Of a stretch of DNA of 64,000 bases, positions 41,515 to 50,890 are shown in pieces. The DNA comes from Candidatus Eiseniibacteriota bacterium (GTDB taxonomy: Bacteria > Eisenbacteria > RBG-16-71-46 > CAVPCR01): contig CAVPCR010000001.1 in assembly GCA_963702435.1 (NCBI GenBank), positions 704,001-768,000 on the forward strand. The letters are read 5' to 3'. The position numbers were made by a program, and so were the translations under genes. Each line of letters opens with the position of its first letter. Within the stretch, counting starts at the first letter, position 1. A model generated the notes under the pieces. That model saw nothing but the letters and a program-made list of their open reading frames with translations. It was not told the origin of the DNA and did no database searches.

Positions 41515-42252
41515 ATGGCGATGAAAACCCGCCGCGACACGCTCTTCCTCATCCTCGGCGGCTTCTTCCTCACGAACGCGCTCCTCGGCGAGATGATCGG
41601 CGGGAAGATCTTCTTCCTCGGCCCCCCGGCCTTCGGCCTCGACCTCGGGTTCTTCAAGATCGGGCCGTTCATCATGTCGGTCGGCGTCATCCCGTGGCCC
41701 GTCGTCTTCCTCACGACCGACCTCGTCAACGAGTACTACGGGAAGCGTGGCGTCCGCCAGCTCACCTTCCTCGGCGTGGGGATGATCAGCTACGCCTTCC
41801 TCGTCATGTTCGCAGCACTCAAGATTCCGGCCACCGACTTCTCCCCCGTCTCCGGCGCCTCGTTCACGAACGTGTTCGGGCAGTCGATGTGGATCATCGT
41901 CGGCTCGCTCACCGCCTTCGCCGTGAGTCAGCTCACCGATGTCCTCATCTTCCACGCGTTGCGCCGCCGCACCGGCGCGGGACGGCTCTGGCTCCGCGCG
42001 ACCGGCTCGACCGTCTTCTCGCAGCTCGTCGACACGATCATCATCCTCGGCATCGCGTTCTACCTGCCGGGGAAGCTCACTGGCCAGCAGTTCCTGAACA
42101 TCGCCGTCACGCAGTACGTCTACAAGTTCACGGTGGCGGTCCTCCTGACCCCGCTCATCTACGCCGGGCACTCGGCGGCGGAGCGATTCCTCGGACCCGA
42201 GGAGGCGCACAGGCTGGCCGCGGAGGCGGCGCGGCAATCGGGGAGCTCGTGA
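41515..42252 (+). CDS. yhhQ: Queuosine precursor transporter (YhhQ/Vut_1)
   Basis: FLTTDLVNEYYG, GSLTAFAVSQLTDV, WLRATGSTVFSQLVDT, YVYK. Confidence 0.9.
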   Translation: MAMKTRRDTLFLILGGFFLTNALLGEMIGGKIFFLGPPAFGLDLGFFKIGPFIMSVGVIPWPVVFLTTDLVNEYYGKRGVRQLTFLGVGMISYAFLVMFAALKIPATDFSPVSGASFTNVFGQSMWIIVGSLTAFAVSQLTDVLIFHALRRRTGAGRLWLRATGSTVFSQLVDTIIILGIAFYLPGKLTGQQFLNIAVTQYVYKFTVAVLLTPLIYAGHSAAERFLGPEEAHRLAAEAARQSGSS

Positions 42253-42420
42253 CGGGGAGGGGCCCGCGGGCCGACCCTCCCCTCGTGCTACCCTTCCCCG
42301 CGGCGGCCTAAGGAACACTCTCCGAACCTCCGATCACGCCGAGGGGGCGAGCCACTGGCGATCGGCGCCGGCCCGCCGATCGCCAGGATTCCCGAATCCG
42401 TGCCCGACTCAGAGAGGCAA

Positions 42421-45018
42421 ATGCAGTCCATTCAGCGATTTACGGTTGTTCCGAACATCCCGGACGGTCTTCAGCCGCTCCTCGAGATCGCCCGCAACCT
42501 GTGGTGGACGTGGACCCCCGACGCCATGGAGCTCTTCCGGAGCGTCGACCCCCAGCTCTGGGACCAGAGCCACCACAACCCGATCCAGCTCCTCGGGCTC
42601 ATCGGGCAGGACCGGCTCCGCGAGCTCACGACCGACGAGGTCTTCCTCGCCCACATGAATCGAATTCGCCGGGAGCTCGATCGCTACATGAGCTTCACGA
42701 CCTGGTACGAGCGCGTCCACGCCGACGCGCTCGGCATGAAGGTCGCTTACTTCTCCGCCGAGTTCGGCATTCACGAGTGCCTCCCGCTCTACTCGGGCGG
42801 CCTCGGCATCCTCGCCGGGGACCATCTCAAGTCGGCGAGCGACCTCGGGCTACCGCTCACCGGCGTCGGGCTCTGCTATCGCGTCGGCTACATGCGCCAG
42901 TACCTGAACCGCGACGGCTGGCAGCAGGAGACGATGCAGGAGAACGACTTCTACAATCTGCCGATGTCGCTCGAGCGGAAGCCCGACGGCATGCCCTACA
43001 TGGTCCAGGTCGAGCTCCCCGGGCGCCCGCTCTACGCCCGCATCTGGCGCGTGCAGGTCGGCCGCGTGCCGCTCTTCCTCCTCGATGCCAACGTGCTCGA
43101 GAACAGCCCGACCGATCGCGAGATCACGAACCAGCTCTACGGCGGCGACAACGAGCTCCGCATGAAGCAGGAGATCCTCCTCGGGGTCGGCGGCGTGCGC
43201 GCGCTCGCCGCGATGGGCATCGAGCCCACCGTCTATCACATGAACGAGGGACACTCGGCCTTCCTCGCCCTCGAACGAATGGCGCTCCTCCATCAGAAGC
43301 TCGGGCTCACCTGGCAGGAGGCGAAGGAGGCCGTCCACGCCTCGACCGTCTTCACCACGCACACGCCCGTCCCCGCCGGGAACGACGTCTTCACGCCCGA
43401 GCTCATGCGCGGCTACTTCGGCGGTTACCCCGCCCGGAGCGCCATGAGCATGGACGAGCTCCTCGCCCTCGGTCGCCAGGATCCTGACGATCCGAACGAG
43501 GGCTTCTGCATGACCGTGCTCGCGCTCCGCACCGCCGGCCGCTCGAACGGGGTGAGCGAGCTCCACGCGAGCGTGTCGCGCCGCATGTGGCAGCGGGTGT
43601 GGCCCGGCGTGCCCGACCACGAGATCCCGATCGCGCCCATCACCAACGGGATCCACACCGCCTCCTGGTTCTCGACCGAGATCGCGCGCCTCTACGACCG
43701 CTACCTCGGGCCGCGCTGGTTCGAGGAGCCGACCGCCCACCGGATCTGGGAGCGGGTGGACCACATTCCCGACTCCGAGCTCTGGCGGAGCCGCGAGCGG
43801 CTCCGCGAGCGCCTGATCGCCTACGCGCGCGGCCGGCTCCGCTGGCAGCTCGAGCGGCGCGGCGTGCACCGCACCGCCGCCAAGTTCACGAACGAGGTGC
43901 TCGATCCCGAGGTGCTCACGATCGGCTTCGCGCGCCGCTTCGCGACCTACAAGCGCGCGACCCTCCTCTTCCGCGATCCGGAGCGGCTCGCCCGCATCAT
44001 CAACCGCGAGGACCAGCCGATCCAGTTCATCTTCGCCGGCAAGGCGCATCCCAAGGATCATCTGGGCAAGGAGCTGATCCGCGAGATCATCCATCTGGTC
44101 GGGCGCGAGGAGTTCCGCCGTCGGGTCGTCTTCCTCGAGGATTACGACATCGAGATGGCCAAGGTGCTGATCGCGGGCGTGGATATCTGGCTCAACACAC
44201 CGCGCCGCCCGCTCGAGGCGAGCGGCACCTCGGGTATGAAAGTACCGGTGAACGGCGGGATCAACGTCTCGGTGCTCGACGGCTGGTGGTGCGAGGGCTT
44301 CCGCGGCGACAACGGCTGGGCCATCGGCCACGGCGAGGAGTACGAGGACCACGGCTACCAGGACGAGCTCGAGAGCCTCGCGCTCTACGACCTCCTCGAG
44401 TCCGAGGTGGCGCCGCTCTTCTACAAGCGCGGAGCCGACGGCCTGCCGCGCGACTGGATCGGCATGGTGAAGGCCTCGATGCGCACCATCATTCCGGTCT
44501 TCAACACCAACCGCATGACCGAGGACTACTGCCAGCGCTTCTACCTGCCCGCCTCGCTCCAGTGGCGCGTGCTCTCCTCCGGCAACATGGCGGAGGCTCG
44601 CAAGTTCGCGACCTGGAAGCAGAAGATCGCGAGCCAGTGGCACGCGGTCGAGGTGCTCGAGGTCAGGGCGGAGACGGCGCAGGAGTTCAAGGTGGGCGAG
44701 GAAGTGCCCGTGACCGTGATGACGCAGCTCGGCGCAATCGCGCCCGAGGACGTCACGGTCGATGCGGTCACCGGCCTCGTGAGCCCCAAGGGCGAGATCG
44801 TGGCCGGGGTGCCGCACGTGCTCGAGTGGTCGGCGGCTGGGCCCGAGCGGGGCGAGCACGTGTTCAAGGGAACCGTGCCCTGCGCGACGAGCGGGCGTCA
44901 CGGGTTCGCGGTCCGCATCACGCCGTTCACGCGCGGTCTCGCCGCCAACCCGTTCGAGATGCGGCTCATCCGCTGGTGGGGCGAGCCGGCGGAGACGATG
45001 GTGACCATGCCGGCGTAG
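42421..45018 (+). CDS. glgP: Alpha-glucan phosphorylase
   Basis: YFSAEFG, YSGGLGILAGD, HMNEGH, FTTHTPVPAG, GFARRFATYKRA, EASGTSGMK (PLP site); alternative start 42400. Confidence 0.97.
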   Translation: MQSIQRFTVVPNIPDGLQPLLEIARNLWWTWTPDAMELFRSVDPQLWDQSHHNPIQLLGLIGQDRLRELTTDEVFLAHMNRIRRELDRYMSFTTWYERVHADALGMKVAYFSAEFGIHECLPLYSGGLGILAGDHLKSASDLGLPLTGVGLCYRVGYMRQYLNRDGWQQETMQENDFYNLPMSLERKPDGMPYMVQVELPGRPLYARIWRVQVGRVPLFLLDANVLENSPTDREITNQLYGGDNELRMKQEILLGVGGVRALAAMGIEPTVYHMNEGHSAFLALERMALLHQKLGLTWQEAKEAVHASTVFTTHTPVPAGNDVFTPELMRGYFGGYPARSAMSMDELLALGRQDPDDPNEGFCMTVLALRTAGRSNGVSELHASVSRRMWQRVWPGVPDHEIPIAPITNGIHTASWFSTEIARLYDRYLGPRWFEEPTAHRIWERVDHIPDSELWRSRERLRERLIAYARGRLRWQLERRGVHRTAAKFTNEVLDPEVLTIGFARRFATYKRATLLFRDPERLARIINREDQPIQFIFAGKAHPKDHLGKELIREIIHLVGREEFRRRVVFLEDYDIEMAKVLIAGVDIWLNTPRRPLEASGTSGMKVPVNGGINVSVLDGWWCEGFRGDNGWAIGHGEEYEDHGYQDELESLALYDLLESEVAPLFYKRGADGLPRDWIGMVKASMRTIIPVFNTNRMTEDYCQRFYLPASLQWRVLSSGNMAEARKFATWKQKIASQWHAVEVLEVRAETAQEFKVGEEVPVTVMTQLGAIAPEDVTVDAVTGLVSPKGEIVAGVPHVLEWSAAGPERGEHVFKGTVPCATSGRHGFAVRITPFTRGLAANPFEMRLIRWWGEPAETMVTMPA

Positions 45019-45096
45019 AGGCGCGCCCGCAGCGCGCAGGCGGCAGCGCGCAGGCCCGCAGCACCCAGCAGCAGCACGCAGCAGCAGCCACCAGCA

Positions 45097-45132
45097 GAGA
45101 AGGGGGTGTTCCGCAAGGAACACCCCCTTCTC
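45097..45132. terminator. Probable bidirectional terminator hairpin
   Basis: Perfect 16-bp stem GAGAAGGGGGTGTTCC-GCAA-GGAACACCCCCTTCTC between convergent glgP and fdxA. Confidence 0.8.
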
Positions 45133-45153
45133 ATCGTCTGGCGCCGCCCTGGT

Positions 45154-45462
45154 CTAGCCGAGACCGAGCTTCTTCTTCTTCTCCTCGGCCGTGGGAAGAG
45201 GATCGAGCTTCTCGTTGAATACCGGCAGTCCCGGCGCCTTCTCGGCGTTGACCGCGATCCACGACTGCTCCGATTCCGGCACATCGTCCTCGGCGAAGAT
45301 CGCCTCGACGGGGCATTCGGGGACGCAGGCCCCGCAATCGATGCACTCGTCGGGGTCGATGTACAGGCAGCGGTCGTCGCCGTGGAAACAATCCACCGGG
45401 CAGACGGTGACGCAGTCGGTGAAGCGGCAATCCTGGCAGTTGCTGGTTACCACATACGTCAT
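45154..45462 (-). CDS. fdxA: FdxA-type dicluster ferredoxin
   Basis: MTYVVT..C..C.FTDCV.VCPVDCF, IDPDECIDCGACVPECPVEAI. Confidence 0.95.
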   Translation of the reverse strand: MTYVVTSNCQDCRFTDCVTVCPVDCFHGDDRCLYIDPDECIDCGACVPECPVEAIFAEDDVPESEQSWIAVNAEKAPGLPVFNEKLDPLPTAEEKKKKLGLG

Positions 45463-45751
45463 AGGAATCCCATCCTTTCCGGCATCGCCGCGGTGCGGGT
45501 GCGCGTGCGAACCGGCGCCTCCTCCGCCCAACGGACCTCAGCGGCACGAACTCTAGACGACGCGACGCCCGTCGCCAAGCCCGAAGTGAGCGCCGAGCGA
45601 TCGTGCAACAGATTGTATTATAATGACTTATACATCAAGCTCGAACCCCCGTGCGGCCCGCCCCGGGGACCCGGGCCTTGTGGCATGATGGCGGCTCGCC
45701 CGAGCGTCCGTCCAGTGCGATCGCCGCCATCGAACCGGGAGAGCGAACCCG

Positions 45752-46855
45752 ATGCCGAACCCGACCCCGTCCACCCCGAGCCTCACCTATCGCGCCAGCG
45801 GCGTGGACGCCGAGGGCGCTGCGCAGGGCCTCAAGGGCCTGCTCGGTTCGCTTCGCCGCACGATCGCGCTCCGCCCCGCGGGCGAGGGCCGCGTGCTCCT
45901 CGACTTCGGCCACTACGCGAACGTGATCCAGGTCGGCGGGACCGGGCTCGCCATCTCGACCGACGGCGTCGGATCGAAGATCCTCGTCGCCGAGATGGCG
46001 GGCGTGTTCGACACGCTCGGTATCGATCTCGTCGCGATGAACGTGAACGATCTCCTCTGCGTCGGTGCCGAGCCGCTGGCGATGGTGGATTACATCGCCG
46101 TGCGACGGCTCGAGGACAAGCTCCTCGCCGATCTCGGCCGCGGCCTCCTCGCCGGCGCCGTCGAGGCGCGCATCACGATCCCGGCCGGCGAGCTCGCGCA
46201 GCTTCCCGACATGCTCATCGGCCCGCGGCCCGACCAGGCTCTCGACCTGGTCGGCACCGCCGTCGGCGTGGTCCAGCCCGACCGCCTCCTCCTCGGCGAC
46301 GCGATCGCCGCCGGGGATCTCGTCTACGGCTTCGCCGCGACCGGCCTCCACTCGAACGGTTACACGCTCGCGCGGCGCGTCCTCCTCGAGCGCGCCGGGC
46401 TCGATCTCGACAGCCATGTCCCCGAGCTCGGCCGCACGCTCGCGGCAGAACTCCTCGAACCCACGCGCATCTACGTCGCGCTCGCGCTCGATCTCCTCGG
46501 CTCGGGCCACGTGCACGGCTTCGCCCACATCACGGGCGACGGCCTGCGGAACCTCCTCCGCCTCCACCCGCGCGCGAGCTACGACTTCCAGGCCCTCCCC
46601 ACGCCGCCCCCGATCTTCGCGCTCATCGCCGCGCACGGCCCGATCGCCGCGACCGAGATGGTCGCGACTTTCAACATGGGCATCGGCTTCATCGCGGTGG
46701 TCGCGCCTGCCGGCGCGGACGCTGTCACCGTCGCCGCTCGGCGCCACGGGATCGCCGCCCACTTCCTCGGCACGGCGGCCGCCGACGGGCGGCGCGAGAT
46801 CCGCTGCGCGGCACCGCGCTTCCGCGCCACGCTCGACGGAGTCGCCGCGAGCTGA
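45752..46855 (+). CDS. purM: Phosphoribosylformylglycinamidine cyclo-ligase (AIR synthase)
   Basis: TYRASGVD, STDGVGSK, GIDLVAMNVND, GLHSNGYTLAR, AHITGDG, TFNMGIG. Confidence 0.95.
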   Translation: MPNPTPSTPSLTYRASGVDAEGAAQGLKGLLGSLRRTIALRPAGEGRVLLDFGHYANVIQVGGTGLAISTDGVGSKILVAEMAGVFDTLGIDLVAMNVNDLLCVGAEPLAMVDYIAVRRLEDKLLADLGRGLLAGAVEARITIPAGELAQLPDMLIGPRPDQALDLVGTAVGVVQPDRLLLGDAIAAGDLVYGFAATGLHSNGYTLARRVLLERAGLDLDSHVPELGRTLAAELLEPTRIYVALALDLLGSGHVHGFAHITGDGLRNLLRLHPRASYDFQALPTPPPIFALIAAHGPIAATEMVATFNMGIGFIAVVAPAGADAVTVAARRHGIAAHFLGTAAADGRREIRCAAPRFRATLDGVAAS

Positions 46856-46889
46856 GGGCAAGCGCGATGAGGGCAAGCGCGATGAGGGC
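46853..46889. repeat. 15-bp tandem repeat at the purM stop
   Basis: TGAGGGCAAGCGCGA x2.5. Confidence 0.85.
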
Positions 46890-47075
46890 GGGCGAGCCGC
46901 TCACGCGCACAGTCAGCCGCCTTGTCCACCACCGCTGACACGTCCATCGCAAACGCGAGCGGTCGCTGACAGCGCATTCCCTCCGGCGTCCAGCTAGTCT
47001 TCGCTCCTCACCCGCGGGCCCGCGGCGTCTCGATCTCCATCCACGATGCAACGTCTGCCACGACAAGGAGACACG

Positions 47076-47285
47076 ATGTCGAGCCGACTCCTCTCTGCCA
47101 TCGACAAGCTGCGCGGCGTCCGGACGCGAGACGCCGCGACCCTCTCCGCGCCGACCCCGCCGCCCGCCCCGCCGGTGGCGCCGGACATCGAGGCCGCCGT
47201 CACCATGTTCCTCGCGGAGTTGCGGGACCATCCCGCGTTCCGCTGCGCTCATCCGCGTCACCTGGAGCAGCCGAACGGCGAGTGA
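47076..47285 (+). CDS. Pup/UBact-like small modifier protein (69 aa)
   Basis: AAGGAG RBS; low-complexity N-terminal half, helix DIEAAVTMFLAELRD, C-terminus HLEQPNGE (compare Pup YVQKGG[QE], UBact YRQRTGE); directly upstream of a PafA-like gene. Confidence 0.7.
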   Translation: MSSRLLSAIDKLRGVRTRDAATLSAPTPPPAPPVAPDIEAAVTMFLAELRDHPAFRCAHPRHLEQPNGE

Positions 47286-47373
47286 ACGCGCGTCTCGGCG
47301 CCCGCTGCCACCCGGACCCGGAACCCCGACCCGGAGCCCAGCTCGACTCGACCCTCGGAATCGCGACCCCGTC

Positions 47374-49233
47374 ATGCGTACCACCGTCATCATGGGGCTC
47401 GAGCTCGAGCTGGGTCTCCTCAACGCACCCGAGCTCACGACGCGCCGCGATCGCGCCTGCGCGAGCCTCTTGGCGACCGTGGCCGGCATGATGCCGCACG
47501 CCCCCGGGCTCTACCCCAAGCAGCAGCACGCGGTCTTCCTCGCCAACGGCGCCGCGTTCGGGCTCGAGCCGCCCGGCTGGCTCGTCCCCGAATACGACAC
47601 GCCCGAGTGCGCGAGCCCCTTCGAGCTCGCCGCGGCCGTCGCCGCCGGCATGCGCCTCCTCGGCGCGGCCGCCGCCCAGGTGGACGTCGAGTGGAGTCGC
47701 GAGGCCGGGGTGCGCCGCGGACCGCGGGGACCGCTCCGCTTCGTCGCGGCGAGCGATTTCTACCAGCGGGACCACCGGAGCCTCGGTCACCACGAGTGCT
47801 ACGGGATCCGGGCCCCGGCCGGCATGCAGGGCGATCTGCACCGCGCCATCCTGCCGTGGCTCGTCTATCGCCAGCTCCTCACCGAGCCGGGCTTTCTCTC
47901 GGCAGAGAACGGCACGCCGGTGGGGTTCGGGCTCTCCCCGCGGGCCCGGCACCTGGTCACGACCTGCGGCCCCGCGACGACCGCCCAGCGAGCCATGATC
48001 ACCTCGTCGCGCACCTCGCACGCCGGGAGGGGCTGGCTCCGCCTGCATGTGATCGCGGCGGGGGCCACCGTCTCCCCGTGGGCGATCGCGGTGCGCCATG
48101 GCGTGACCGCGCTCCTCCTCGGCATGGCCCGGCGCGGCTGGCAGCCGCACGCCGGGATCTACCCGCGCGATCCGGTCCGGGCTCTTCGCAGCCTGACCGC
48201 CGACCCGGATCATCCCTGCCGCACTGTCGCGACCACGACCATCACGGCGCGCGCCGCACTGGCCGAGCTCCTCGCCGCGGCCCGGCGCGCCCATGGCGAA
48301 GAACCGCTTGCCCCGTGGGCGGATCGGATCCTCGGCGAGTGGGAACGCGGGCTCGCCCTCGCCGGGAAATCAGGCGCCCCGGCACCCGGCAACTCGGTGC
48401 CCGCGAGCGACGACGGCGGCGACGCGGCGCTCTACCTCGAGCACGTCCTCCGCCGCCGGCTCCTCGGCGGGCTCCTCGCCGAGGCCGGCGTCACCGAGCG
48501 GGAGTTCCACTTCTGGTTCCGCTTCCTCCACCACGTCGACGCGTTTCGCCGCAACGGCGCGGCGGCGCTGCCCCACGCGGCGAGCGGTGAGGTGCTCCGC
48601 GCCCTCGTCTTGCCCGAGCGCCTCCCCGCCCTCGACGCGATGCTGGCCGCGGGCAGCGTCTCGTGGAGCGATCTGCCGCCGAAGCGCCGTCTCATCGAGC
48701 GGATGTGCAGCGCCGACATCGAGCTCTCGTGCGTCGCCGGAGGCATCGCCGACCGGCAGAGCCGGCTCCGCGCCGCCCGCGGCGCCGAAGTCGTGAGCGA
48801 GGAGGAGGTCGCCCGCGCCCTCTACCAACCGCCGGCGGGGACGCGGGCCGCGGCCCGCGCTGTGCTCATCCGGCAGCATGCCGGCGACCGCTCGCTGCGT
48901 GCGACGTGGAACGAGGTGCAGTGCGCGGGCCGGCGCCACCGGATGCCGTCCCCGCTCTCGAACCGCCCGGTGCGAACGCGGGCCGTGTCGCAAGCGGGAG
49001 TGCTGCCTCGGGACCGCGGCGATCTCGGCGATCTCGGCGATCTCGGCGCCATCCCGGAGCCGCGGGACCCGCGTCCTCACGCGGACGCTCCCCGGCGGTC
49101 GCCGGCGGGGGCGGCATGGCGCGCCCACCGGCAGTGCCAGCGCGAGCGCCGTCTGTACGGGGTCACCTCCCCACTCGGACCGCTCTTCGCCGGGCTCCGG
49201 GAAGAACCACCCGCCGGCGACGCCGATCCCTAG
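47374..49233 (+). CDS. Divergent PafA/Dop-family (Pup ligase-like) carboxylate-amine ligase
   Basis: Colinear motifs IMGLELE, VFLANGA, PEYDTPEC, SLGHHECY, LPWLVYRQLL, LSPRA, ATTAQRAMI, RLHVI, PPAGTRA, ATW. Confidence 0.85.
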   Translation: MRTTVIMGLELELGLLNAPELTTRRDRACASLLATVAGMMPHAPGLYPKQQHAVFLANGAAFGLEPPGWLVPEYDTPECASPFELAAAVAAGMRLLGAAAAQVDVEWSREAGVRRGPRGPLRFVAASDFYQRDHRSLGHHECYGIRAPAGMQGDLHRAILPWLVYRQLLTEPGFLSAENGTPVGFGLSPRARHLVTTCGPATTAQRAMITSSRTSHAGRGWLRLHVIAAGATVSPWAIAVRHGVTALLLGMARRGWQPHAGIYPRDPVRALRSLTADPDHPCRTVATTTITARAALAELLAAARRAHGEEPLAPWADRILGEWERGLALAGKSGAPAPGNSVPASDDGGDAALYLEHVLRRRLLGGLLAEAGVTEREFHFWFRFLHHVDAFRRNGAAALPHAASGEVLRALVLPERLPALDAMLAAGSVSWSDLPPKRRLIERMCSADIELSCVAGGIADRQSRLRAARGAEVVSEEEVARALYQPPAGTRAAARAVLIRQHAGDRSLRATWNEVQCAGRRHRMPSPLSNRPVRTRAVSQAGVLPRDRGDLGDLGDLGAIPEPRDPRPHADAPRRSPAGAAWRAHRQCQRERRLYGVTSPLGPLFAGLREEPPAGDADP

Positions 49234-49253
49234 CCCACCTCCTGGCCCACTCC

Positions 49254-50492
49254 CTATCCCACCTTGCGCTCGGCGGGCGCGCTCTCGAGGCCGAGCTCCT
49301 CGAGCAAGGCCGCGGCGGTGTCGGATGCGATCACGATCTCGTTGACCGCCCCGGCGGCGATGAGCGCGCAGAGCGCTCCGGCGGCGCGGGGGCCGGCCGC
49401 CGCGACGACGACGCCGCGCCCGCGCAGGTACTGCGGGCGCGCCCGCTCCGCGACGCGCCGGAGATCCGCGGGCGCCGCTCCGGTCGAGAGCCGATTCTCG
49501 GTCGCGACGAGACGGCGGCATGCGGGATCGGCATCGCGCGCGGCAAGGAGATGCCCGTTCCACTCGCCGGCGACCCCGGCCGCCGCAAGCTCCGCCGCCT
49601 CTCGCACCGGGAGGTCGAGAAGCGACGGCTCGCCCGCGCCCTCATCGCCCGGGTCGGGATCTCCCCCGATCGACCGCACGCTCGTGAACACCGTGTCGAT
49701 GCGGTCGATCATGGGCAGGGGCCGGTCGGGCGCACGCGACCGCGCGCCCAGAATTCCATGAACGGTCGAGTCGGCCTCGATCTCGGCCCGCAGCGCCGCG
49801 AGTCCGCGCTCATCCCCGAGGAACGCCCGCGGGAGCCGCGGCGGCGGTCCGAATCGCCAGACCTGACGGTCCGCAACCCCGAGCCGGAGGGCGAGGTCCG
49901 CGGCGATCCGGTTGGCCGATGCCGCGAGCGCCTGCGCGGCGCCGGCCACATGCGGCGCGAGGAGCCGCTCCCCGCCGAGCGCGACGACCGTGAGGAGCGC
50001 GGGGTCGACGGCGGGCAGGGCGCAGAGGTCGATGATGCGCCGCGGCATCATGCCGCCGGTCACCCCCATCACGTGCGGGTTCTGTGCGGCGAGCGCGAGG
50101 TCCGCCGCGAGGAGATCGGCCGCGAACGCCGCCACGCGACGGGCGGACTCGTGCGGCCGCCCGAGCGCGGCCGGGATCACCCGCACGCGGGCCACCCCCT
50201 CCGGCTCGAGGCGCTCCTCGAGGCGGCGCGTGAGACGCGGATCGGTGATGGTGGCCGCGATCCGGTCCAGCTCGGGGGGCGCGAGATGCAGGAGCGGCAG
50301 GCTCTCGCCGAGGATCCTCTCCTCACGAGCGCGGCAGAGAGCGCGCGCCACCGTCGACACCGATGTGTTCTCGTGCGCGGCGATCTCCTCCTGTTTCAAC
50401 CCCATGCGCGCGAGCACCGCGATCCGGAGCATCGCCGCGATGCTCTCCTCGACGCGGGTGCGCGGGCTGTACATGGAGCGCGGCCCGACCAT
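49254..50492 (-). CDS. SorC/DeoR-type (LsrR/CggR-like) sugar-binding transcriptional regulator, divergent
   Basis: GLKQEEIA..EN.S.STVARAL..AREE HTH; GVTGG, VVALGG, IDTVFTSV, GVAGEWNG, GAVNEIVI; AGGAGG RBS. Confidence 0.8.
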   Translation of the reverse strand: MVGPRSMYSPRTRVEESIAAMLRIAVLARMGLKQEEIAAHENTSVSTVARALCRAREERILGESLPLLHLAPPELDRIAATITDPRLTRRLEERLEPEGVARVRVIPAALGRPHESARRVAAFAADLLAADLALAAQNPHVMGVTGGMMPRRIIDLCALPAVDPALLTVVALGGERLLAPHVAGAAQALAASANRIAADLALRLGVADRQVWRFGPPPRLPRAFLGDERGLAALRAEIEADSTVHGILGARSRAPDRPLPMIDRIDTVFTSVRSIGGDPDPGDEGAGEPSLLDLPVREAAELAAAGVAGEWNGHLLAARDADPACRRLVATENRLSTGAAPADLRRVAERARPQYLRGRGVVVAAAGPRAAGALCALIAAGAVNEIVIASDTAAALLEELGLESAPAERKVG

Positions 50493-50890
50493 GGCCCACC
50501 TCCTCGGGTGTGGATATCCGTTGTGGATGGCAGTGGGTGAACGACCGCCGCGAACGCCGCGCCCACGCCGCGGCGACTGCGCCGGATGCAGATGCTCGGA
50601 CCCGGATCAGGACAGACGTGACGTTGCAGGAGGCGGTGACCCGGGCGGCGAGAGAGTGTGGATAAGTCGGTGATCGCAGCTGATCGGCGTGGCCATCGCG
50701 AACATCCTTGGCGGAGGTCTTCAAGCGCGGGCGACGGGAGAGAGCGCGACGTCGTGCCGTCATCTTAGCTGCTCGCTGCGGAGCGTGCACGCACTTTCAC
50801 GCCCGCGCCGGGCCGGCGCGCTGCAGTGCGCGCGGCGGCGCGCGCCGCCCGTTGACAACTCGCCCGGCGCCCCGCACGCTCGCGGGCACG

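Noticed and set aside
45600..45635. dif site
   Set aside because: Does not match the XerD arm TTATGTTAAAT or the 11-6-11 dif consensus
50500..50700. Replication origin
   Set aside because: Only one perfect DnaA box, no AT-rich unwinding element and no dnaA/dnaN nearby
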